Source: Vicugna vicugna (taxonomy: Eukaryota). Taken from it: a stretch of DNA of 64,000 bases. Positions 1 to 11,720 of this stretch are shown here, piece after piece (the stretch's first letter is position 1; every line of letters begins with the position of its first letter). Under the pieces are notes generated by a model. It saw nothing but the letters and a program-made list of their open reading frames with translations, ran no database searches and was not told the DNA's origin. Position numbers and translations under genes: made by a program. The stretch lies in assembly GCA_013265495.1 (NCBI GenBank), contig MU058540.1, positions 2,815,696 to 2,879,695 of the forward strand. The letters run 5' to 3'.

Positions 1-164
1 GCGTGCCCATCTGGAGAACTGCCAAAGGCTTGCTTAAATCTCTTTCAGTTTGAATTAAATCGGTCTTTGGAAGGAGAGACTATTAATCCACATATTGAAA
101 AAGCTCCCCAAGTGGTTCCAATGGGTCTCTCTGGTTAAGAAACCTCACAATTATAGAGGAAGTA

Positions 165-330
165 GGGTTCAACACTAGAGCACAGAACCCAGGGCATTCA
201 GGCCTGGGATCAAATTCTGGCTGTGCCACTTGTGAGCTGTGTAACTTTGGAAAAGTTACTTAACTTCTCTGAACCTGGTTACCTCTTTGTAAAAAAGAGC
301 TAATATACCCACTTTTTAGGAAAATTAATA
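165..330 (+). mobile_element. MIR SINE fragment
   Basis: gccacttgtgagctgtgtaactttggaaaagttacttaacttctctgaacct resembles the MIR core. Confidence 0.7.
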
Positions 331-1159
331 TTTGTAAACTTCTTGGAAAAGCCTCTGATACATAAAAATATCTACATAAATCTCAATCCTTGTGCTGAAG
401 AGAGTGAGCAAAGGTTATTCATAGGCTTTGCTCACTGCACTGTGTACCCCCTCTCTATGGGGCAGTGGCCCTTGATCTTTTTAGCTGTGTGGTTTTGGGG
501 CAAGTCTTATAACTCCTGCCCTTTAAACTTGGTCTGAGGTCACCTAGTGCCTCCCTTCCCCTATCAGCTGAGATGTGGAGTTGCAGACTCCACTCCCTGT
601 GAGAGGTGGTGTGGGGAGGCTTATGTGTGGCGTTGATCCAGGGCTTCCTGCCCCAGGAGGTCACTCAGCAGAGCTTTCACCCTCAAAGCCTGCAAAGCAG
701 GACTTGTCCCCAGGAAAACCCAGTCCCTGCCAAAGTTGTGCAGCCGCTCAGCCCTGGAGTCAGGCCAGAGCAGGGCAGGTGGGTGCCAGCATTCCTCACG
801 GGCAAACTCACCCTAGGTTTTCCCTCTCCTGAAGTGGGAGGAGAGGAACCGGGTAGACCGGTACCTTTAATTTTCTTTGCCTGCAAAACGGGTTTCTTGG
901 ATGCAGGCAGAATGAGGCAGGGGCTTCGAGGTTGTCTAGACTTCAGATCTGATGTGCCTGGCAGGATGTGGCTCAGCCTGGGACAAATCATTGCCCTGCC
1001 CTGCCCTGCCCAGCTCCTCCTTACCCCCAGGCTGCCCATCTGATGACATCCTTGGGAAAGGCCCTCAGCCTACAGCACCTGTCAGCTGCTGTCTGAAGGG
1101 AGGTGGTGGCCCAGGTGGAGTGATGGGGAGGAGGTTCAGCCAGAACAGAGGCAGAGAGA

Positions 1160-1195
<36 letters not shown>
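1160..1195. repeat. (AAT)12 microsatellite
   Basis: Direct reading; adjoins a MIR tail. Confidence 0.95.
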
Positions 1196-1196
<1 letters not shown>

Positions 1197-1420
1197 TTTT
1201 CCAAGCACTTCTATGTACCAGGTGCTGCTCTACGCACGTTACCTACATTAACTCAATTTATCTTTACATCTGTTCTCTGAGATGTTCACTATTACTGTCT
1301 CCATTTTACAGATGAGGAAAATAGAGCCCAGAGAAGTTAAGCCACTTGTTCAGGGTCACCCAGCAGAGCCTGGATTCCAGCCCAGGTGGCCTGGCTCCAG
1401 AGCCCTCACTTTTTACCACC
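1196..1420 (-). mobile_element. MIR SINE
   Basis: ccattttacagatgaggaaa...agagaagttaagccacttgttcagggtcacccag is the reverse MIR core. Confidence 0.8.
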
Positions 1421-2167
1421 AAGATTCAGCCTCTCACCTCTGTTTCATCTGCCTTGCCTGGAGGGACTCCTTGGTCAATTTCTTGCACATGCTTCTATAG
1501 CCCTGCTCTTTAGACTTTAATGCAGTTCCTTTTTACAGATGAGGAAACTAAGGCCCAGAGACATTAAGTGACTTTTTAAAAGATTAGGTAGTAAGCAGCA
1601 GAGCTAGGACTAGAACCCAGCTGTTTTAAGTTGCAGAGCGGGGTTACCCAACATGGGCATCTAGGTGGGGGGATTCAGAAAGCTGGAGAAACTGTCCATT
1701 CATTTGGGAATTGACCTTCTGGCCAGGACTGGGGCTGGGAAACTGCTGGACTCTGGCAATTCACACATACTTGGGGCATTCACACCCATGAGGGACACCT
1801 CAGAGGGGAAAACAAATTGATTTTAGCTGATAATACCTGGTGGTAAACAGGACCCTGATCCCTGCTATTGCAATAAACTTGCCTTTGTTGACATAAGCTT
1901 GCCCTTCAGCTGCCCACTTCCCCAGTGACCTTGGAGTGCCAGGCTGGCTGAGCCCTACCCCTTCCCAGTGTCTACTGGTGACGTTTTGGGAGAGCCCATG
2001 GGAGAGAAGTAGGGGAAAATCAGCTGGAAGGAACCAGAGAGACCCTCTCACCTCACGTTCTAGTGAGAAGACCTCACCTGAGATTACACAGCAAAGCATG
2101 GCCTGCTAAGGGAGGATCTGATACCCCAAGTGACCGGAGTCTTACTTGTGTCCCAGCTGCAGCCACC

Positions 2168-2612
2168 ATGTCGGAGCCATCCAGGGATGCCCATCAGATC
2201 CCACGCAGCAGCAAGGCGTGCCGTCGCCTCTTCGGCCCAGTGGACAGTGAGCAACTGAGCCGGGACTGTGACGCACTGATGGCCAGCTGTGTGCAGGAGG
2301 CCCGGGATCGATGGAACTTCGACTTTGTCACTGAGACACCGCTGGAGGGTGACTTTGCCTGGGAGCGTGTGCGGGGCCTTGGCCTACCCAAGCTCTACCT
2401 GCCTGCAGGGCCCCGGGGGGCCTGGGATGACCTGGGAGGGGGCAAGCGGCCCAGCACCTCGCCTGCCCTGCTGCAGGGGACATCTCAGGAGGACCACGTG
2501 GACCTGTCACTGTCTTGCACCCTTGTGCCTCGCTCCCCTGAGCGGCCTGAGGAGTCCCCAGGTGGGCCTGGCACCTCTCAGGGCCGAAAACGGCGGCAGA
2601 CCAGCATGACAG
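2168..2612 (+). CDS. CDKN1A: Cyclin-dependent kinase inhibitor 1A (p21), first coding exon
   Basis: Acceptor ctgcag|ccaccATG with Kozak context. Translates MSEPSRDAHQIPRSSKACRRLFGPVDSEQLSRDCD...WNFDFVTETPLEGDFAWERV...RKRRQTSMT (CDI domain, Cy1 RRLFG, NLS). Donor AG|gtgagg at 2613; 445 nt. Confidence 0.99.
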
Positions 2613-3526
2613 GTGAGGACAAGTGCAGAGAAGGATACTGCAAGGGATCCAGACTCCCAGAATTCATGGTGCAAGGGCTGACCTGTCTGGCCCAGCTTGC
2701 TCATTACTCAGAGGGGGAAATAAGCCCAGAGAGGGGAGGGGACTTGCCTGAGGTCACACAGCAAGCCTGCTACCAAGACCAACTATCTAACCGTTATTGG
2801 GAACATCGATTTTATGTCAGGCCCTTTGCTAAGTTTCTAGATTTTGTTTAGTCCTTATAGCAATCTTACACCATAAGACATTCTTGCCATCCTTTCATAG
2901 GCAAAGAAACAAGCCTCAGAGAGGTAGAGTGATTTGCCTAAGGTTCCACAATGAATTTGCAGTGGAGAGAAAACTAAATTATTTCCCAGCTGCCCTACCT
3001 GAACTTAACTCCCCTTCCCCATCATACATACACACTTCCAGCATGCTCTTCCCTGCCTGTTTTTTCTCTTTGGCCCCTTTTTTTTTTTTTTTTTAACTAT
3101 CAACAGCTACCTTCTTATCTTGATATTGTCCATCTTCCCAACTAGGATATTGTCTCATGAGAATGGAATCTGTGTCTCTCTTGTTCGTCACAGAATCCCC
3201 AGCACCTAGGATAGCAGGTGCTTGAGAGAAAAATGAATGAGTGATTCTGACATTTGAGCACTAACTATGCCAGGTGCTTGACCAAGACCTTTATAGAGAG
3301 CATTTCATTTAATCCTTAGAGCACCCAACCAGTCTTATCTTCATTTTAAGGGTGAGGAAACAGGCTTTGAGAGATGCCACCAAGAATCCCACAGCAAGTC
3401 TGCAGCTGGGTCAGAACTAACAATATAATGATAATAATAATGATAATGATAATGACAGCTAACGTTTATATGGCCCAGGCATTGTGCCCAACACTGTTCA
3501 TGGATTATCTAATGGAATCCCCAGAG

Positions 3527-3705
3527 CAGTGCTATCTGATAGAACTCTGCAAAGATGTAACTGTCCAGTGCCACTGGCCACATATAGCGGCTGAGTACTT
3601 GACATGAGGATAGTATGACCGAGGAACTGAATTTTTCACTTCATTTAATGTTAGTTAATGTAAACAACCACATAGGGCTAGTGTCTACTGTATTGGGCAG
3701 CTTGG
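3527..3705. mobile_element. MER3-like hAT DNA transposon relic in CDKN1A intron
   Basis: cagtgctatctgatagaac...gaggaactgaatttt...ggctagtgtctactgtattgggcagc resembles the MER3 consensus with terminal inverted repeats. Confidence 0.65.
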
Positions 3706-3920
3706 TTTAAAGCAGGCCCATGGGTGTTGGTCCTGTTATCAATCACATCTATGAAGGGTGACGGGACGCCCCCCCCCCCGGGAGATGCAGTGGAAGTTGC
3801 CAGAGTTCTTTCCTGTACTTGGCAATGTGTCCCGCTGGCCCTTCTGCAGGTTACTTTGAATGGGTGGCTCTGCTGCACCCTCTTCACCCTGGCCTGGCTG
3901 ACTCTGTTCTCTCTCCTCAG

Positions 3921-3970
3921 ATTTCTATCACTCCAAACGCCGGCTGATCTTCTCCAAGAGGAAGCCCTAA
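3921..3970 (+). CDS. CDKN1A: p21 last coding exon, (D)FYHSKRRLIFSKRKP*
   Basis: Acceptor ctctcctcag. Completes the PIP box QTSMTDFY and the Cy2 motif; TAA at 3968-3970. 445+50=495 nt = 164 aa plus stop. Confidence 0.99.
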
Positions 3971-5334
3971 CCTGGCCACTGGAAGCTTTGTCATCCTGGA
4001 AGTGAGAGGCCCACCACAGGCCTCTTCTGCATCTTTTGCTTTAGTTCTTTAGTTTGTTTGTCTTAATTATTATTTGTGTTTTAATTTAAACTCCTCCTCA
4101 TGTATATACCTACCTGCCACCACCCTCCCCATGCCCCCAGCCTCTGACATTAGAATTATTTAAAATAATTAGATAGCAGAAAAATAGGCTTATTAGAGTG
4201 CTAAGTGTTTTTATTATGCAGACTATTATTTAAGCCCCCGTCATCCTATGCTCTCCATTTCCGTTCTCCCTGAGATAAGGTGAGGCTGGCACGTCCACCT
4301 CTGATGGGTGGTACTCTCTGGAGGAGCCTGGCTCCTTCCACTCACCATCTTATGGGTGTTAAAAAATTCTGCCTCTTTCCTGTATTCTCAGATCTGAATT
4401 CCTTATAATTTGAGAAGTAAACAGCACTTTGAAGAGGGCTCAGCAGAGTCAGGCCATCATCAAAACTTTGGGATCCCCTTGCCTCCTCTAAGGCTGGGCA
4501 GGGTGACCTTGAAGCAGGCACAGCCTGGAACTGGGCTGGGGATTTGGTACCCTCCTGACCCTTGATACTCCCTCTGTCCCATGAAGGTGTGGGGAAGGTA
4601 GGGTCCTGTAGCAAACCACCCCACTTCCTCTTACCCCTCTTCCGCCCACAGGGGAGCCAGCCTCATTATTTGGCTTCCCCTGCACTTTTCTAGGAGCCCC
4701 AGACCCCTCTTTTCCAGCTGGGCTCTCAGTCCCTCTCTGCTCCTCTCCCCTCCCCCATGTCCTTTCCCTTTAGTACCTTCTCAGCCCTGGGTGGCAGCTC
4801 TGGGGTGCTTGTCCCCCAACTCAGTGGACTGGGAAGGGAAGGGGCATGCTAGAAGTAAGGTTTCCCACTTCTACCTCAGGCAGCTCAAGCAATGACCACC
4901 CCTCTTCTTAGATCTCGGGGTAAGGGTCCTGGGTGGTCAGACCATCCTCCTTGAAAGGAGATCTCCCTGTGTTGGGGGTTTGTGGGTGAGAAGCAGATTT
5001 TTCCAGGAGGGAGAGTGTGGCACCAGTCCCTGGAACTCATCCAAGGACCTTCCCCATCTGCCCCCCCTCCCCTGTTTGATTGCACTTTGAATAGCAGCTG
5101 AACAAGGAGTCAGGTGTTTTAAGATGGCGGGAGTAAGGCTGTGGATAGGGCACGCTAAGTGGGCTGATATGGACCTGGGAGTTGTGAGTTGTTGTCTCTC
5201 CTGGCACTGACCGTTGAGCCCCTGCAGGCACCGAAGTACTTGGTGGCTCTGACCCCAAACACCTTCCAGCTCCTGTAACATCCTGGCCTGGACTGTTTTC
5301 TCCTGGCTCCCATATGTCCTGGTTCTTTGGTCTC

Positions 5335-5445
5335 CACCTAGACTGTAAAGCTCTCAAGGGCAGGGAATAAGTCCTGTACTGCTCTGTGTCCTTCACAGCT
5401 CCTCCCACAGTGCTGGGTATAAAACAGGTGCTCAATAAATATTTC
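5335..5445 (+). mobile_element. L2 LINE 3' end
   Basis: ctagactgtaaagctctcaagggcaggga...cacagtgctggg...caggtgctcaataaatattt is a typical L2 terminus. Confidence 0.75.
5434..5439 (+). terminator. CDKN1A polyadenylation signal
   Basis: AATAAA in gtgctcaataaat, followed by a GU/U-rich downstream region. Confidence 0.85.
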
Positions 5446-5719
5446 TGGTGACTTTACTTGTAATATTACTGTTGTGGTCAATATACGTTGTTGCTTATAA
5501 AAACAAGTAGGCAGAGTTTTTTTTTGGTTGTCTTCATAATTTAAAAAGTTAAGCATTTAAATTTTTAAAATGCAGAAAGTTTAGTAAACTGAAAGACCAC
5601 AAAGCAAAAAGCAGACACACAACAACAAAACAAAACAATAAATCATCATACCTCTGCAAAAATTGCAACTGTCAATATTTTGGTTTCTTGTGTGGTCTTT
5701 TTTAGTAAAGAATACATTG

Positions 5720-6170
5720 TTACTCATCAGGGAAATGCAAATCATTTCTCACTGGGGAATTGCAAATTAAAGCCGCAATAAGATACTACTATACATCTAC
5801 CAGAACGACTTAAGATGAAAAAGACTGACAATGCCAAGTATTGGCAAGGATATGGAGCAACTGGAACTCTTATACCCTGCTGGTGGAAGTGTGAAATATT
5901 TCAACTACTTTGGAAAACTCTGGCAACATCTTTGAAATATGCCTCCCCTCATGCCTACCCCATGACCCAGGAATTCTATCCTTAGGTTTCTTCTCAAGAG
6001 AAATGAGTATACATTTCCACCAAAAGATATGTTCATAGCAGCATGATTCTTAATATACCCAAACTGGAAGCAACCTAAATATCCATAACAGAAAAAAAGA
6101 TATGTACATTGTGGTATCTGTATAGTGAAATACTACTTGACATTAAAAAGAACAAAGTAGTCTTACAAGC
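5720..6170 (+). mobile_element. Old L1 (L1M-type) 3' fragment
   Basis: catcagggaaatgcaaat...gcaaggatatggagcaactggaactct...aaactggaagcaacctaaatatcca matches L1 ORF2-end and 3'UTR sequence. Confidence 0.8.
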
Positions 6171-6489
6171 ATGTTCTGATTATCTATTCATAATTAACCA
6201 CCCCAAGACTTAGTAGCTTAAAATAATAATAATTTACTTGCTCTGGATTCTGCAATTTGGCCAGAACTACTTCTCAAATGCTGAATACTCTCTTAAGCCA
6301 GCCTTGTGTTCCTCATCTCCCCCAGCCCCAGCCCCACGCCCTTGAGCTCTCCCATGTGTTTCCCTGTTCCTACCAATACATATCAGCCAGACATGTAGCT
6401 TTTTGGTTAGTTATTTCCTCCATGAGCAGGGACCATACTGTCCTTGGTGGGCAATGCTGAGGTCTGACCCATTTACTGGTCTAAGAGAA

Positions 6490-6705
6490 GCGGCCGGCAA
6501 ACCCCAGCTCTATGGACCAGCTGCCTGTTTCTGTATAAATTTTATTTCAACATAGATACACCGATTTGCTTATTGTCTATGGCTGGTTTTGTACTATATT
6601 TTAAGTAGTACAAAAGCAGAAATGAGTAGTTGCAACAGAGACCATGTGGCCCGTAAACCTAAAATATTTACTCTCTTGTCCTTAAAATGTTTGCTGGCTC
6701 TTGTC
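6490..6705 (+). mobile_element. MER58A-like hAT DNA transposon relic
   Basis: ggccggcaaac...gagtagttgcaacagagaccatgtggccc...ctaaaatatttact. Confidence 0.7.
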
Positions 6706-7454
6706 TAGAGGCAGAGAGGGGAGCAGGGTGAATCTCAAGGAAGATCAAGCATCACCTTGCAAGGCATGCCCCCAGGCGAGTCTTCCGTGTGGGCTTCCTG
6801 TAATGGGAGAGTGCTCTCCTCTAGCGAGGGAGGGGGTGCTTCTGCAGGCTTGGAGGGCTTAGGGAAAGCTAGGGGTACAAGATTCTCTAGTTCATCCATC
6901 CAAACTCTCCATTCCAGGCCTCAGCATCCCACCCTCTCCCTGCCTGCTGGGGCTGTGCAGTCAGTCTCTCTTGCATCTCTGCCACTTTTGTATCGAATCC
7001 TGGGGCTGACTATCAGCGCAGCCTGCCCTTGGCCTCAAGAGATGAGGGCCATTGAGAATGCTCTTGTGGGGGTCTCCCAGCTCCCACAACCTGCCCCGAG
7101 TTGAGCCTGTCATTCTCTTTCTTCAAGACTACTGGGGTGGTTAACAAAAGCCAGCCAAACCCCACAATCCTCATAATTATCATTGCCCCATATCTTTCGA
7201 GTGTCAGACCTATTGCATGTCAGTGTTGTCCTGGGAGTCTGCCTGTACCTCACCCCAGTCCACCTCGCACAGGACCCATGCTGGGTCCGGTCAGCATGAG
7301 GCTGCAGCCTACGGCGGGGGGGTCGTAGTTATCACCACCCCACTCACTGCCGGCATCGGGTCCACACTGCCATCTCACTGGTGAGGGATCTATTTTCAGA
7401 AGTCCACCTGCCATTTCTGGTACCAATTCTCTTAGATTTTCTTTTTATCTCAAA

Positions 7455-7890
7455 GGCCACCTGAGATGTGTGTGCAGGTGGTTTACTTGGGAGGTGGTCC
7501 CTGGAAGCACAAGTAGGAGAGCGGAGAATGTGGGAAAGGAAAGGAAAGGAAAAAGCCAGCGGAGGTGCTGGTGAGTGAGTTCTGCTGTGTGCACCTGGGA
7601 GGTCTGAGGAGACCATGTGGAACGTGCTCTAGAAATGTCTTGGGTTACTTGCCTAGGTCTCTCTGGGGTTCTTAACTACTGATGCCAGTCACTGCTGATT
7701 GAGGGCTGCCTCCAGCAAATTCAGGTTGCTCCTCAGGTGGATCTAGTTCCCGTGATGCGAGAGCGAATCAGAGTTGTAAGCCTTTGAGGTGAGAAGCTAT
7801 ATCCCTGCCAGGAACTATCTACCAAAGCTCCCAGCGAACACAGACAGGGGCCGGGGGGTTCTGCTGGGGCCTCGGCAGTGGCTGCTGTAA
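7455..7890. mobile_element. Solo ERVL-type LTR (LTR16/LTR33-like)
   Basis: gtgcaggtggtttacttgggaggtggtccctggaagcacaagtaggagag resembles old ERVL LTRs; the family assignment is from memory. Confidence 0.45.
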
Positions 7891-9409
7891 CTACCCTTCA
7901 GCCAGCCTGGTGCCGAGGGGAGTAGGTTGGCAAAAATTACTGCAGCTTTACCCGCTCCCACCCAGCCCACAGAAACATGAGCTCCACGAGGGTAGGTCTT
8001 TGCCTCTTTTGTTCCCTGCCATATCCCAACACCTAGAAAGTTCCCAGCAGGTCATAGGTGCGCAATACATGTTTGTGTGAATCGAATGATTCATTGTGGC
8101 TTGAATTTCCTTCCTGACCCGAACATTCATCTCCCAAACTGCACCCCAGCCCCAGTCTTCAGCCCTACTGCATCCCACGCTCGCACATCACCACTGCTCA
8201 TCACTGAACAATCAGTCTGGCAGAGGAGTCAGGCTACCTGCATATTGATAGGATGGAGAAGCTGGAGATTCTCTAACTCAGTCTCCTTTTAACAATCACA
8301 AAAATAACAACAGCTAACATTGATTCTCATCTGCCCAACATGGTTCCAATATTTTATATAGTTTGTAGCATTGAATCCTTACAGCACACCTCCAAGGTGG
8401 GCACTATGATTGCTGGACAGATAAGAAACTGAGGCAACACATCCTTTCTTCATTTGCCTGAGGTCACACCTGTCGGAAGGGTGGGGGGCTGGGATATTCA
8501 CGAGGATGACCCAGGTCATATTGTCTGCTCAGTAACCCAGAAAGGGGAAGTGCCTTGCCAAGGGCCACTGCCTCTGTGACAGCTCTTAAGCGGGGGCTTT
8601 CGGGCACCTGTCTCCTTCTGTGCCCCTCCTCCGTCTTTGTAACTTAGCTTTTCTCAATATTACATAAAGCATGCTACATAAATGCAACTTCAAAACAAGT
8701 TTCCTGACCCTGCTTTTCCTCAAGATCAGCAGCCTGCCTGAGCTCCTAGAGATAGTTTGGAGCCTGCAGCTGGAGGCAGGGGGACCCGGGTCTCCCAGTT
8801 TGAGCCCCAGCTCTCACCGCTGCACCCTAGAACAGACAGTATCTGGCTTCAGGGTTTACACTAAACTGTGACGTGAATTCAAGCATCTTTAGGGAATTGA
8901 AAAGTAGTGAGCTTGAAACTTTCCCATTCACAAAACGATCTCACTGCCTCGGATCCTTGTTCACTCATTCAGTTTTTGTAAAATTTAGTTTCTGAGCTCA
9001 GTATTTTTAAGCCTAGCGACAATGTATTTTAAAATTAGCTCCACTGTTTCCAAAAAGGCCTGGATCTAAATTTTTTCCTAGCAGCTGGTTTTATCCTCCA
9101 GCCGGCTGGCTCCAGGGTGGGTTTCTCTTCTGGGGCTGGTGCAGAGGGTGAGGCCAGGCTGAATTCTCACCACCTACAGACTCCACTCCATGACACTCAG
9201 GCTCCATCAGAGAGGGCTGTGACCTCCGCCTGCCTTCTCTGTGCCCCTTTATTTCCATGACTGGGAGATGGGCTGGTGGGGTTGGGGGGAAATGAACTGA
9301 GAACGTCTTGAGATTCTAGGGACTGAGTCTTAAGAATCCAAACTCTGTTTTCAAAGAAGTGGAGAGAGTCTCTTGATGGAGAGAAAAAATCCTGGGTTTG
9401 TTACATTTG

Positions 9410-10120
9410 TCTAAATTCAGCAGCAAACACTGCTGGCCCTTCTTTCAGAATATATCCAGAGTCCAGTCACCTCTGGTCACCACCTCCACGACTGCCCTCT
9501 TGGTCCAAGCCATCATTTGTCTGGATTATAGTAACTTCACTGGTTTCCTCTTCACTGGTCTCCCTGCTTCTGCCTTTGCCTAACACGGTCTGTTCTCCAC
9601 AGTGAAAGCTGCCACAAGGATCCTTTCCAAATCTGCATTGGATCATGTCATCCTCCAAATGGCTTCCACCTCACTTATAATAAAAACCATGTCTTTCCAT
9701 GGCCTACAGGTCATACTGTTACCTTTTGCATCATCTCCCTTTACCCTTGGCTACCTGCTCCAACCACAGTGGTCTCTTCATATGTTCCTCATGTACGTAA
9801 AGCATGCTCCTGCCTCAGGGCCTTTGCTCGCACTGTTTCCTCTCCCTGAACACTCTTCTTTCAAAACTTCTTCCTCACATAGGCTATTCCGGCATCACCT
9901 ACTTAGACAAGCTTCTCCAGACCACCATCTCAAACTAAAATATGCCTCCCACTGTTCTATCCATTCACTCTGCTTTACTTTTCTTCATGGCATTTATTGC
10001 TACCAAACATTATATTACATACAGTTTTTCCCTTTTTTTTAAATTTTTGTATTCTCAGTGCCTAGCATAGTGTCAGGCACATATTAGATGCTAATAAATA
10101 TTTGCTGAATAAAAAATGAG
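9410..10120 (+). mobile_element. L2 LINE fragment
   Basis: tggtccaagccatcatttgtctggattat...cctcagggcctttgctc...gtgcctagcatagtgtcaggcacat...aataaatatttgctgaat. Confidence 0.75.
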
Positions 10121-10229
10121 TACCTTATTTAGCTCAATAAAGCCATAGAAACTCTGTGAGTATCAATTTCTCAGCAGTAAGAAGTGGGTAAAAAGGGTTG
10201 GTTGTGAGAATATGTATTTATTTAGAAAT

Positions 10230-11720
10230 TAAATTTGTTAATTTTGAAAAATTTTTGTTTTGAAATAATTTCAGACATACAACAAATTTGCAAAAATAGT
10301 AAAATACTTCCCATCTACCCTTCACCAACAGCCCCTAAATGTTGACAGCTCCTTCATCATTCTCCCTTTGAATATTTTCAAATTATTCTTAAATTTATTT
10401 TTGAATGGGTAATGTCTCAAGATGGTACAAAATAAACAGTAAAACATAAATCTCCCTCCTTGTCCATCCCAATACTTCTCCCTTCCAGCCCAACTGCTAC
10501 CAGGCTCTTGTCTATTCTGTCAGAAATATTCTATGCATTTACAAACACATACAGCTGCATATGCATTTATAGAGCATAAATTTCAACCACACACATAAAC
10601 TTTGTTTCTTCATGCCAAGCATACTATACTCACTGTTCTGCATCTTAGTTTTTTCATTCATATCTTTTGAAGGTCATTCCAGATCAGTCTACCTGGATCT
10701 TTCTCATTTTCTTCACAGCCGCATGATAAACCATCACATGTATGTATCCAGCCTTATTTAACTAGTTTCCTGTTGGTGGAACTTTAGGTTGTTTCCAATC
10801 CTTTGCTACCATAGACAATGCTGTAATGGATATCCTTTTAAATCGTCATTTTGTGCATCACCTGTAGGTAACTAGAAATGACTAGAATTGAAATTACTGA
10901 CTAGAAAGCTTTTTGCATTTTAAATGTTGATAGATACCTTCGCATTTCTTTTCATGAAGGATGTACAGAGTATGTTCTTACCAACAAGTGAAAATGTTTT
11001 CCTACATCCTTTACTACATGGTATGTTGTCCATTTTTTGTTTGTTTGTTTTACCAACTGGATAACTTTAAATGAGATATCTCATTGTAATCTTATTTTTT
11101 ATTTCTTTTGTTATGAGTGAAGATAAACATTTTTTCATATGTCTAAAAGCCATTGATATTTTTTTCCCATGAATCATATGGCTTCTAATGCTTTGTGATA
11201 TGCCTGGAAAGGCCTTGAGTGCCCCAAGTTTATTTTTTAAAATTACCCCATAATTTCTTTTGGCATTTGTTCAAACATACACAGAAGTGGAGAGAATAGA
11301 AGGAGCCAGCAGTACCCTTATCAGCCTCAATGGTAATCAAAACAGGGCAGGGCCAGTCTTATTTCATCTATGCCCCACCCATTCCCCCCATCATTATTTT
11401 GAAACAAATTGCAAACAACATATAATTGTTTGACTTTTTTTTAATGCTTAAACTTTTGATCTGGAATTATTTTAGAGATAGAGCTCCAAGTTTGTTTTTT
11501 GCTGATACCTTGCCCATTCCTCCTACAGTTTATTGACTAAACCATCTTTTCTCCACTGATTTGAAATGCCACCATTATCATACACTAAATTCCCATATAT
11601 CGTGAGTCTGTTCCTTTCTACTCTTTATTTTGTTCCATCGATTCGTCAATTCATATTCATGCTCCAGTACCATGCAGTTCTGATAGTTAGAGCTCTACAA
11701 AATATGGTGGTGTTTGTTAG
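10230..11720 (-). mobile_element. Old L1 fragments (antisense)
   Basis: T-rich L1 3' sequence, e.g. ggttgtttccaatcctttgctaccatagacaatgctgtaatg. Confidence 0.7.

Larger units (their letters stand above)
3971..5460 (+). other. CDKN1A: CDKN1A 3'UTR with AU-rich elements and miRNA seed matches
   Basis: AU/U-rich tract at about 4030-4170; GCACTTT at 4424, 4682 and 5082; CTACCTCA at 4871; AATAAA at 5434-5439. The end position is approximate. Confidence 0.85.

Noticed and set aside
1890..1910. p53 half-site-like AAGCTTGCCC in CDKN1A intron 1
   Set aside because: Only one decamer matches, and the well-known p21 p53 elements lie upstream of this window.
2063..2167. N-terminal extension of p21 in the ORF track (GTG start)
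   Set aside because: Most of it lies upstream of the splice acceptor at 2161-2162; the real start is ccaccATG at 2168.
2289..2609. 106-aa alternative-frame ORF over the p21 exon
   Set aside because: It has a non-ATG start and no recognisable domain; shadow ORFs are expected in GC-rich exons.
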